This document shows positions 1 to 11,500 of a stretch of 64,000 nucleotides of DNA, piece after piece. Below the pieces are notes generated by a model, which worked only from the letters and a program-made list of their open reading frames with translations, did not search any database and was not told where the DNA came from. Positions within the stretch are counted from its first letter, which is position 1, and every line of letters starts with the position of its first letter. The translations under genes and the position numbers were made by a program. This DNA comes from Eledone cirrhosa (lineage: Eukaryota): the NCBI GenBank assembly GCA_964016885.1, contig OZ024740.1, forward strand, positions 143,468,001 through 143,532,000, written 5' to 3'.

Positions 1-735
1 CATTGGTCTCTAGGAAGTGTGCGGTGTAGGAGACCTGGTCCTCTGCCTTGCTGCATTTTTTTCCAGGAATGTGTGAATTTATTCTTTATGTATCAGGTTT
101 TAGCACCAATGAGCAAACAGGTCTCTGCAATTGGTTTTTCTGTAGAAGTTATGGATGTCACCTTCTGTTATCCTGAGTTGGTAGTCAAGTAGAGACAGGG
201 ATCCAGGGCAGTTATGGTTTTCTACGCTGAACTACATGTTATCATCCTTGTTTATGAACATGGTAGATATTCCATTGGCCTCTTCATCAGAGAATGTGAG
301 TAAGAGTACGTCATCTATGTATCTAGTGAAGAAGGTACAGGAGCGACAGGTGTTGAACGTTTGATGTTCTAGCTGGTCATGTAGGTGATGGCTAATAGGC
401 CTGAAAGATTGGATCCCATGGGTAGACTTGTTGTTTGTTTGTAGGTGTGGTGATGAAAGGTGAAGTATGTGTTTTCTACAATACTGATAGGAGGTGGTGA
501 GGCCAAAGTTGTATAGGTCGGAAGAAATGATGCAATCAATCACAAGGTTGACCACTGGGTGAGTGGGTACTGATGTGTAGGAGACAACATTGAGGCTAAA
601 GGTGTATCTGTTAAGTTTAAGTTGACCTGTATTTGTTAGGAAGTTGTCTTTGCCTACAGATATCAGCCTAGACTCTGTTAATGTGGTCTTCAATTTGGGT
701 TGATGTTGTCTATTATTTCCGAAATAATCCATTGT
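1..735 (-). mobile_element. Penelope-like retroelement RT fragment (degenerate)
   Basis: FSLNVVSYTSVP, FFTRYIDDVLLL and downstream LLDYQLRI..FYRK match PLE RT motifs; frameshifted. Confidence 0.7.
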
Positions 736-1039
736 TGCTGTGGTATTCAAATACCAGCTTGTTGTAGATGTCACAAGTGACAATGCAAAATTCTTTCCCT
801 TAATACACAAATTAAGGTACAAAGCAACGTATATATACAAAAATTATGTGTCAGTGTATAAACAGAAACTAAGTACATTTCATAATTTCTTTGTTTGTTT
901 TTTGTTTTTTTTATTTTCAATATATAGATACAATAGAAAATAACTTTTTTCCTGTTTCCACCATTCATCTATGGTTCTTGTGATGTTTTGTGTTCTTCAG
1001 ATTCACTTGTACAAGATATGTAATTCCTGTCATTTTCTC

Positions 1040-1770
1040 TGCTGAAAGATGGGGCAAACAATGCATGCAAAGACAAGGTGAACTCTCTAACTGTTAGAAT
1101 ATTTTATATGAATAGACTACACAAAGTTGTGACAAAGTTCTTTGACATGTCTACTACTGCTGGTCCTGATTGTGGCAAAGCAGAAATAATATATTAAAAA
1201 TTTCAAGATACCATGGGTCAACTGTGTTGGCTTGGGGGTAGACAATTGCTGCATAAACATGGGACAACCTAATTTAGTCATGTCTAGAATTCACAATATA
1301 AACAGTGCTTGATTTTTATTAAGATACCCTTGTCATCTCATACATGACATTGCTTCCTTTCAGTCGAATTTAAAGATGTATGTGGTTTTTGACTTTTGCA
1401 TTGATCTATTTTACTTTTTGGATAAGAGTACAAAATGAAAGGAGGAGTTAGAAGAGTTTTGTTGCTTTTACGATAGAGAATATAGGGGAATTTTAAAGAA
1501 TGTCAACAAGGTGGTTAAGCCTAGAAATGGCAATTAATTGGGTTCTACTTTTTGATGCACTGCAGTTTTTTTCATATCCTGTGATAAGCATCTCAACTTT
1601 ATATGTTTGAAAGCACCCCTTCTAAACTCTCATGTTAAAAATATATTTACTATTCTATCAGGTTGTTCTGCCATCTTTCACCAATTTTAATAAAGACCTT
1701 TCCATTCACCTGCTAGACTGAATTACATTCTTTTTTGGTAGAAACTTTTAAATAAATTTATAAAGTCGAA
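1040..1770 (+). mobile_element. Degenerate hAT-family DNA transposase fragment
   Basis: Manual translation gives WVNCVGLGVDNC, PCHLIH, DLFYFLDKSTK and WLSLE, resembling the hAT CxxH and RW motifs; many stops. Confidence 0.6.
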
Positions 1771-1775
1771 AGCTA

Positions 1776-2610
1776 TCTATCTATATATATAAAACTGAGG
1801 ATGTGTGTGTGTATGTGCATACCCACATAACTTCCACAGTTTGCAACCGACTTTCTTCAAATTTGGAACAAACATGCATTATGTTCCCAGGAGTGTTTTG
1901 GACTCATAAATTTCAAGTTTTTGTCTAATGTGGCCCCTAGATAAATATTAGTTGGTTGCATGAAAACTACACACATACATATACATCTAAAGAGAGAGAG
2001 AGAGAGTGAGATAGGCCGTTATACAGAGAGAGATAAAGATATTCAGATAGAGAGAGAGAATGGCGACGAACGCTGGTTTACACACGCACACACATAAAGA
2101 GAGAGATATCTGTGCGTTCTTGATTGTTCTTCATTCTGTAGAGAAAGAGAGAGAAAGATAGAGAGGGTATGAGAAAAAAGAGAGAGAGGGGTTCAGAAAG
2201 AAAGAAAGATTGTAGGGGGTTGGGGAGGGAAGAAAATGATAGCAGCGTTCAATAACTTTAACTTTTATTTATTTATTTATTCTTTAGAAACTAAAAAAAA
2301 GAATCAATCTGTGGACACAGAAGTAAATATTTTTTTAAATGTTACAACCGAAGGAAACCAGGAAGATAATACTTTCGTTCGTGAAGATGTTCCCTGGCAA
2401 TAAATGGGAAAAAAGCGAGGATAATTATGTCGTTGTGTGGGGTGATGAGAACAATGTCTTGCAAAGACAAAAACACGTTTATGGTTTAAATGGAGACGTT
2501 AGACTTATATTCTATTTAGAATAACTGGATGATTCTCGGCTCCGGAGTTTAAGAATAATGTAAATAAAGTTGTTAAACGGAAATGACAGAGGCTATTAAA
2601 ATAGTAAAAG
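1776..2610 (+). mobile_element. Non-autonomous Helitron-like element (5' end clear, 3' end not seen)
   Basis: A|TCTATCTATATATATAAAA followed by (GT)n. Internal sequence is homologous to 25420-25530 and 46825-46990. Confidence 0.5.
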
Positions 2611-2614
2611 TAAA

Positions 2615-2803
2615 TAATTGTTTTTACTTTTTGGCACAAAGCCAGAAATTATTCCAGTGTATACTGGTACTTTATTTTATCGACCCCGTAAGGATGAAAG
2701 GCAAAGTTAACCTCAGCGGGATTTGAACTCAGACCATAAAGAGCCGTAACCCTTTGTTGCAAAGCATGGCGTCAGGCTCTTTACCGATACTGCCAATCCT
2801 CCG
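2615..2803 (-). mobile_element. tRNA-derived SINE with Deu/Nin-like central domain
   Basis: Reverse complement has A-box TGGCAGTATCGG, B-box GTTCAAATCC, then CTTTGCCTTTCATCCTTACGGGGTCGATAAAATAAAGTACCAG. Several copies occur in the window. Confidence 0.85.
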
Positions 2804-2984
2804 ATTTAGGCCAGTGCATAAATATGCGCTCACGCATACATACGCATCATACATATATATATGCACACACAAATATACTTATATGAGCAGCCAGTTTGAA
2901 CAGAAAAAGATGAGAGAATTCTGGTCAGATATGGCTGGTTTATGCTAGTGTGGAAGATAGACGTTAAACGATGATGATGATGAT

Positions 2985-3222
2985 GATATATATATAATAT
3001 ACTTACATATACACACATATATACATGCACACATACACATATACAGATACACACATACATATACCTACATGTATAGGCCTAAAAACACATATATATATAT
3101 ACACACATACACAAATTCACATATGTACATACATACATATGCATATATACATATAACACATACACATACATATATATATATACATGCATATATACACATA
3201 TTCATATACATACATACACATG
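2985..3222. repeat. (AT/AC)n compound microsatellite
   Basis: Read directly; shorter in copy B. Confidence 0.9.
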
Positions 3223-3409
3223 ACTGCTATTTAATACCCTCTGCTAGTTTTAAGTAGAATATCTTGTTTGAAAGAAGACTATGTAAAAAAATAAAGAAAA
3301 TCATATGAGCTGTATGGATGTCTTTATTGGAATTATAACTCTCCTAAAACACAGAGTGAGTTTCTAGAGAATGCATCTCTTGTTTTCTGACACTTCCATA
3401 TATATAGGT

Positions 3410-4450
3410 GAGCTATGAGGCCCTCTTACCAGCACTTTCCCTTCCACCCACACACGTCAGCCACCCACCCCTGATGCCGCTTGGTGCCCCACACCCCATC
3501 CCCCATCCCTCCAAGCTGACACCTGCTGCACTTGCAGCACCACTAACAAACGAAAGAGGGGCCGGAACTGTTTGGGGTGCGGCTGCTTCCACCACCTCAC
3601 CTGTGTTGGCTTGACTCGTCGAACTTCCAATGCCCTCGCAGCGTGGAGGTGCAGGAGCTGCCCTTCCCCACGACTTCCCAGCCACGGCCGTCTGGCACAC
3701 CACCACATGGGACATGGAGCTTGCCTGACGCCCGAGCCTCGCTGGTCAACATCGCTCGGCTCAGGCGGTTCCGGAAGATCACACTCAGGATCCCGAGAGC
3801 GGCACAGGTGCCGGTAGCTGATGCCCTCGCTTCCTCAATTGAGAGCGCCCTGGACTCCAATCGAGCCAGTGACTGGGAGCGGCTGTTCTATTTCACCCCA
3901 CTTGCCTTCGGCCTCCCCAGCTCTGGCGCTGAATGGGGCGGCCGGTCAACAGCAGCCTTCGTCAAGGCAATATCAAACACCCTGGGCCACCCACTGATCT
4001 CAGACCCATACCCCCACCCGACTCCCACTTGCTCCTTGTGGCTTCTGATGCAGACATCAGGTCCTTCCCAGCTAGCAGCTGTGGAAGTGATGATGGTCTC
4101 CGACCAGGCCACCTCAAGGAGTTGACATCCCCCCTCTCCGCTGAGGCCGGGTGGCGCTCACCAATAGGCTCATCCATGGTGCCCTGGACTCTTACGCCCG
4201 AGGCCTCTTTTTTGGGGCCAGCCTCACCGCTCTCAGGAAGAAAGAGGGTGGCATACGCCCCATTGCTGTGGGCAATGTCTTCCGGAGGCTGGCTGCCAAG
4301 GTGATCTGCAAGTCCGTAACACACAAACTGGGTGTCGGCATGTCCGGTGGCTGTGAGGGGGCCGCTCATGCAACCAGGCAGTTCTTCAACAGCTGCCGCT
4401 TGGAACCGGCATCCAGGGACTCCAGGCACCTCATTGTCAAGCTTGACATG
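3410..4450 (+). mobile_element. CRE-clade (RLE-type) non-LTR retrotransposon RT fragment
   Basis: DGLRPGHLKEL, GASLTALRKKEGGIRPIAVGNVFRRLAAK, GVGMSGGCEGAAHA, VKLDM; GC-rich. Confidence 0.85.
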
Positions 4451-5265
4451 AGGAGAATCTTTGCCGTTGAATGATGATTTTTTGAGTTGTACAGGTTTTA
4501 CTTGTAAAGTATACTTTGTTTGAAGTTTTACATGATAAAAATATAGGTTGATGCTGAAGTAGTTGTGTTTTTTGTTGTTTTCTTAATGTTATATATACAT
4601 ATCACAATGTCCACAATAGCTTATACAGCAAACTATTTCTCACATAATCCATATCCATGGGTTCACTTCTCTGAAGCACAAGCCTCATCAGGGGGTTTTG
4701 TAGAAGACCAGCAGTTACCCATGCATGCAAGTCTACCCTCTATATGATACCAATGTTGTCAAAGGCAGAGGCTGGTTACAGCTTGACACTAGTGTTGTCA
4801 TTTTTCCAGCTAAGTTAACTGGGGCAACATAAAATAAAATGCCTTGTTTGAGGACACTATGCTGTCTGGTTCAGGAATTGAACTAATCCACATTCTTCAC
4901 AAGTTTTAGAAGCGTGTGATAACAAGTCAACTAAACACGGCAAATCTTACTGCCGAATTGTTGATTTGAGAAATGTAATGTATTCAGTTCATTTTCATGT
5001 CGTCTCTACATGTTTCTTGGTCCATTTACCTATCAGTATTTAAATTGTTATTAATCTGTTATATGTTTGTTTAACTTAGAATCTAATCTTTTCAATATTA
5101 TCGATAAATCTGTCGGACCCTCAAAAATAATCTTCTCGCATTTAAACTCCTATTATTTGTTATACGCTCGTTTAACTTTTCAATAATAAATTTGAATCTG
5201 TCAGACCTTTATAAAAATAATCTTCTCGTAAACTTTCCCATTTCTCCCCCCCCCCCCTTCTTTGA

Positions 5266-8128
5266 TAATGTCAAAGGTAAAGATAAATTCACCTCCTGTT
5301 GTCGGGCGAGAATGCAAGAACTCCTCTTTATTTCAGGCACGGATGGCCAAAATAATCCCATCTCCCACACCCCTTCCTGTGCCTCCAACCTATCCCTTCC
5401 ACCCACCCAACGAAATCCAAAACTTCAGAGTTGGTACCATGAATGTAGGCACTTTGAAAGTTTGCTCTAACGAGGTTGTAGAGATGCTTGAACGTAAGGA
5501 AGTTGATGTTTGTTGTGTTCAAGGACTAGATTCATTGTGGGTAAAAAACGATGCTATAAACTTTTCTGGGTGGGGTGGGGTGGTGTAGGAATTATGTTAG
5601 CAGAAAAATGGGTAGATAAGGTAATGCCGTAAATAGAGTGAACGACAGAATAATTAAAATAGGACTAGTCCTAAATAGAAGTACTGTGACAATAATATCT
5701 GCTTATGCATCTCAATCTGGCCTACCTGATGTTATAAAAGACAGATTCTATGAGTCGTTAATGCTCACTACCTCCCAAATAACTGACAGTGACTACATAA
5801 TTATTGGTGGTGACCTTAATGGTCATGTTGGACAACATTGTGACGGTTATGACGGGATCCATGGAGGCTATGGGTTTGGTACTAGAAATGAGGACGGCTT
5901 CAGAATCCTGGAATTCTGTGATGCTAATAACCTAACTATCTGTAACACAAACTTCAAAAAATGAGACAATCACTTGATCACTTATAGATCAGGGGAACAC
6001 ACCAGTCAGATAGATTATATCCTTACTAGAAGACGTGACAGAGTGTCTGTTGTAAATACTAAATCCCTCCCCCATGAAGAATGCACCTCCCAAGTGCACC
6101 GCCTCATAGTTAGCAACCTCATACCCAAGACTAGACATACTCGACAACAGAGGAGAAGAATATGGAAGTTGAAGGACCCCACAGCCTGTAACAAATTTAA
6201 AAGTATATTACTTGATGCTTTTGACAGTAAGAAAGAGCAATTAGAGACGTACAGCATCTGGAATGGTGGGACACACTATGGTCACCTGGATAGTAAACCA
6301 AGTAATACAGAATGGAATCATACCAAATGACTGGCGTAGCAGCATCATCATTAACTGCCACAAGGGTAAAGGAGATGCTCTAGATAGGGGAAATTATAGA
6401 GGCATTAAGTTAGTTGACCAGGTCATGAAGGTCACAGAAAGAGTTATAGTGCAACTAATCAGAGAGCGAATTGATCTAGATGAAATGCAGTTTGGGTTTG
6501 TGTCAGGTAAAAGTACCACACACTCTTTTCATTGTACGACAACTACAGGAGAAGTACCTAGATAAAAGTAAACCCCTCTACTTAGCTTTTATTGACTTGG
6601 AGAAAGCCTTTGACAGAGTCTCCCCACCCCCCTTCATTATCTGGTGGACTCTTAGAAAACTTGGTGTTGATGAATGGCTTGTGATAGCTATACAAGCCAT
6701 GTATAGAGGAACAGTTAGCAAGGTTAGAATTAACAAAAAATATAGTGAAGAATTTAGCATCAAAGTTGGTGTTCATCAAGGCTCTGTCCTTAGCCCCCTC
6801 TTATTTATTATTGCCCTTCAAGCTATAACAGAGGAGTTCAAGACCGGCTGCCCATGGGAACTTCTATATGCAGATGATCTAACTCTCATAGCTGAATCGA
6901 TGGCTAAACTAGAGAAGAAATTCCAAACATGAAAGCATGGCCTAGAATCAAAAGGCCTTAAAGTTAACTTGTCTAAGACTAAAGTTCTAGTATGTAGAAA
7001 GGAAAATAGGACACAGGTGCCCTCTGGGAAATGGCCATGCTCAGTGTGTAGGAAAGGAGAAGGCAGAAATTCCATTTTATGTCCCAAATGCAAACTATGG
7101 GTACATAAAAGATGTAGTGGGATCACAGGTAAATTATCTAAGAACGTAGATTTTATATGTGGTCGATGCTCAGGTTCAATAAGTAGCAAGTGCCCACAGG
7201 ATACTAGCTCCTTCTATTGCCCAGATGGTTCTATAGAAATAGTGGACACTTTCCGTTGCCTGGGTGACAAAATCAGCAGTGGTGGAGGGTGCTCTGAAAG
7301 TACAGTAGCCAGAGTCAGAACGGGATGGAAAAAGTTCAGAGAGCTTATACCATTATTGGCCACTAAAGGTTTCTCTCTAAAAATGAAAGGTAGATTGTAA
7401 GATGCCTGTATGCAAACAGCAATGTCTAATAGTAATATACGCGAATGGCAAAAGATAAATGAACTAAGTGAGAAATTAGGAATAAGAGGGATCAGATGCT
7501 GTTTACTTCAGAGAAGACTATGTTGGTATGGTCACGTGATGCACATGAAAGACGACAGCTGTATTAAAAAGTGCAGGGCGATCAAAATTGATGGAAGTTA
7601 CAGAGTAGGTAGACCCAGAAAAACCTGGGATGATTTGATAAATTCCGACCTTACACACTTACACCTCTCTAAGACAATGTTACTGGACCGAGATCTTTGT
7701 GCATAGTGAAACCTTCAGTCAGTAGGCACCGCTTAACCAACGCCTTGCCTATGTGCATAGTGAAACCTACAGTCAGTAGGCACCGCTTAACCAAATATAC
7801 ACCCTATCATACTATCCCCTACTCCACCCTCCCACTCCCGCCAACACCACCCTTTCTCTGTAAAGTTATGTTGGTACCACAACATCCACTCCAAAATAAA
7901 TGAGGTTGTGTAGGTCTCATGATAAAAAAACACAGTCCACGCTGTAATGTGGCCGTGTAGGTAACACAGTAAAAAGCTCCCAGTCCACACTGTAAATGTG
8001 GTTGGTGTTAGGAAGGGCATCCAGCCGTAGCAAACCTGCCAGCCAGTCCTATACGAGCAAGACACGGTCACTCGACCGTCTAAACCCATGCTAGCATGGA
8101 AGATAGACATTAAACAATGATGATGATG
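5266..8128 (+). mobile_element. RTE-clade LINE, degenerate with internal deletions (APE endonuclease, RT, PHD-like finger, (ATG)n tail)
   Basis: GTMNVGTL, GGDLNGHVG, SQIDYIL, DLEKAFDRV, GVHQGSVLSP, LLYADDL, CSVC..CPKCKLWVHKRC..CGRC; tail ATGATGATG. Confidence 0.93.
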
Positions 8129-8525
8129 ACATTTCTTGTATTCAAAGACAAACAGAAGAGTAAAGACTTCTGGTTATGAACATCAGAAAGAGTAAAGAAC
8201 TTGGAGAAATTAATGGATGTTCATTGATTTCATCTGTCCAGTAAAATCGACTGCAATAATATACAAACGGTGTAAAATATAAACTTCAGGTATCAACATT
8301 TACATATGACTCATTTTTATTTGAGTATTGACAATAAATCATCATCATCATTTAATGTCTATTTTCCATGCTAACATGGGTTAGACGAGTTGTCCCATTT
8401 GAAGCAAGTCAGATAAGATGTTACAGTGTTTCTCTCATTGATAATTCGACAATCACAAAAATAATGTTTAAAAAAAAATCTTGTATTTTGAACTAAAATA
8501 TTTTGCTTTTTCATTTTTTCAGATA

Positions 8526-8565
8526 ATGAAGATTCTACCACTACTCTATTTGCTGGCAATGACTT
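8526..8565 (+). CDS. Coding exon 1 (signal peptide MKILPLLYLLAMT)
   Basis: Acceptor ttttcattttttcAG at 8521-8522, ATG at 8526, donor T|GTAAGT at 8566 (phase 1). The acceptor implies an upstream non-coding exon. Confidence 0.85.
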
Positions 8566-11500
8566 GTAAGTGATTTATCACCATCACCATCAACATCATC
8601 ATCACCGTTTTACATCTGCTTTTCTATGCTTGCATGGGTTGGAAGTGTCTTTTCTAGCACAACCTCCTTCTACTCATTGTGGTACTTCGTCATCTCTGGT
8701 ACCTTCAGCAATTTCAGATGAGCACTCAAAACCTCTGCCCTGATCTGCCTTGGACGCTTAATGCAGCTTTCTTCCACTGGCATTTGTGCATCCAAACGGA
8801 AGACGGGTAAATTCGTATATTCGGCCACAGGCTTCGAATGCAGTCAACTTAAAGTCGGAAGATTTGATGGGTATTTGGTGATAAGCTGCCTTTAGATCTA
8901 TTTTCGAGAAATATTTGTGTTTTGAAATTTTGTTGAGTAGGTCTTCGATTATGGCTTTAGGGTATGAATCTAATGGTGTGTAACGATTTATAGTGCCTGA
9001 GTAGTCTATGACAAGCCTTTTTTTGTTTTCTTGATCTATTACGAAACACTGCGCTCTCCATGGGCTTCTGCTCTGTTGAATTATTCCAGCTTTAAGCATT
9101 CTGTCGATTTCCGTTTTAATGAATTGCTGATCTTTATTGTATTTTCGAGGAGGTATAGATAATGGTTTTAATTTTGTAGTATCGATTCCAGGCATTAAAT
9201 CATATTCTTCACAATTCAGAGTTTGCATTGACATACATATCGTGACTGCTCTCATGTCCCCTGCATATTTTATTGTTAAAGACTTATGCCTTTTAAGTAT
9301 ATCAAGAGCCATAACTACTGGAGCAAAGAGTTTGTCAACCACCATTAGATCGATGTGGTATTCTCGGCCCTCCCATTCTAATGTTGTTTCAAATGTACCT
9401 CGTATTATGAGTTTACTGTTGTCGGCTAAAATTACACTCTTATTCTTAGTTTTCTTGAATTTACTTTGCCATTTCGACAAGTGGTTCATGTCAATGAAAG
9501 ACTTGTCTGAGCCTGTGTCAAGTAAACCTTCTGTTTTATGTGAATTGACATAAATTGTTAAAAAGTTTGTATTATGATTCACGGAAGCAAGTTTATAGCA
9601 GGCAGCAAGATTACTGCCATCATTGGAGCCCTCGTTATTATTCAAGACTGCTGCGTGTTTTATCTTCTTTAGTACCTTCTTATTTTCAACAAAACATACT
9701 GTTGCCCAGTGGCCTTTCTTGTGGCAGAAATTGCAAGTTGAATTTTTTGCAGGGCACTCTGATTTTTGGTGACATGTACCACCACACCAGAAACATTTTA
9801 ATGAAGAAGCAGCGAATACGGGTTGTGACGGCGGTTGTATTGTTGTTGTTGACAGATTTTGTGCGTCTTCTATTGCCAGTTCTAATGTGAGAGCGGTTTG
9901 GAATGTTTTATCTAGATTTTTGAAACTCCTACCTGTATCTTGAATACATCACTAAACTCATTACCTGCTCTCATTTTACTGACAGCACCTTTGTACATAG
10001 CTTGCATGGCTCTCATAACCCACTCATCTACACCCAGCTTCCTTAAGGACCACCAGATAACAGATCAATGTATAATTCTCTCTACAAGTATTAAATGTGT
10101 TATTATTCTAACAAAAGTAGAAATCCAGTTTTTCTTATCTGTAATTCAGCAACAAGCCTTTTAAGACCATTTTCCTTGCTATATTAAGGGTTATCCCTTC
10201 ATGGCATCCTTTTTGAGGCAATATTTTACAGCCACATTCCCTTCCTGTTGAAACCTCTTTTAGTCACCTCTTACAACACACATGGTTATGTAAAATCTGA
10301 AAATATATTTTCATCTTTTATAGATATATCAATGGTCAATGCAAAGCTTAACATTGAAGCAAATGGTAATTGTATTATAAAAATCTTTGATTTTAAAACC
10401 AGATGCTATCTTTTCTACTCTGCTTTCTGCTTCTTTGTCATAGTTAATAATGTTTAGTCACTAAATATATTTCCTCCTTTGAATGGGCAAAATTTCATCT
10501 TCAGAGCCCAAAAGACAATAATGATTATAAATATGATTGTGATTATAATATTGATTGTAGTAATACAAACTGTTATCTTAAAATATCAATTTGACAAAAC
10601 TGTAGAAAGTAACTAAAGACTATTTAGTAAAAACAAATGTATATATATATATATATATATCAGCAGCAGCAGCAGCACTTAACATCTATTTTCCCTACTT
10701 TTGAGGATTGAATAGGTCGTTATAGAATAAGTCAGTACTTAATTGAAGCCAATAGCCTCTCAACAAGTCAGGTATCACATCTCACTTACATACATTCCTG
10801 AAATGTACATGTAACAGATGCATTTTATCATGGCACCAGCTCTAGAGGGGTTTTTGTACCCTTGATAAAACTGAAGAGGCTTCACAACTCTTTGTTGGCC
10901 CAGTTTTCTATGACTGAATACCCTTCCTATCACCAACCACCTTATAGAATGTACTGGCTGGTTTTCTCATGTTGCCAACACTAGAGAGGTTTTCATGCCC
11001 TTAACACAACTGAAGCGTCCTCTTGACCCTTTTTTGGTGTGGTTTTTCCAGCTGGACACCTCTCCTATCACTAACCACCTTACAAAGTGTACTGACTGCA
11101 TCTTTTGTGGCACCAGCACTAGGGCAGTAGTCACGGTGTAGTCCTACAGATGGAAGCTCTTCCTAACACTAACCACTTTGATGGGGGAGGTAAGAAGGAT
11201 GATGTATATATGTGCACACACATACATATTACATATATGAATACATGTTCAGAATTCTGTACATTTTTGGAGACACTTGTGATCTGTACATAAGTTGGTA
11301 TAACATGTGAGTAATGTAGCATGTCATCAGGGTCATGGTCCTTGAAAGACTTTCAGTTGTCTCCAATGGTAACATAACACAAGATGATTAAAACTTAAGG
11401 ATCTGCTGCAATATCTTCCGTCTTCTTCATCATTATGTGAGTTAATTTAACACCTGCTTTATCACTATTGAAGATTGAAGACAATGAAACGCATTTAGTC

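Larger units (their letters stand above)
1..8189 (+). repeat. Segmental/tandem duplication, copy A
   Basis: Colinear near-identical match to 55355-64000 (offset 55,354 at the start and 55,811 at the end), with scattered SNPs and indels. Confidence 0.95.

Noticed and set aside
3408-4474. GC-rich island with many overlapping ORFs, as a host gene or CpG promoter
   Set aside because: Explained by a CRE retrotransposon RT fragment; the other frames are GC-content artefacts.
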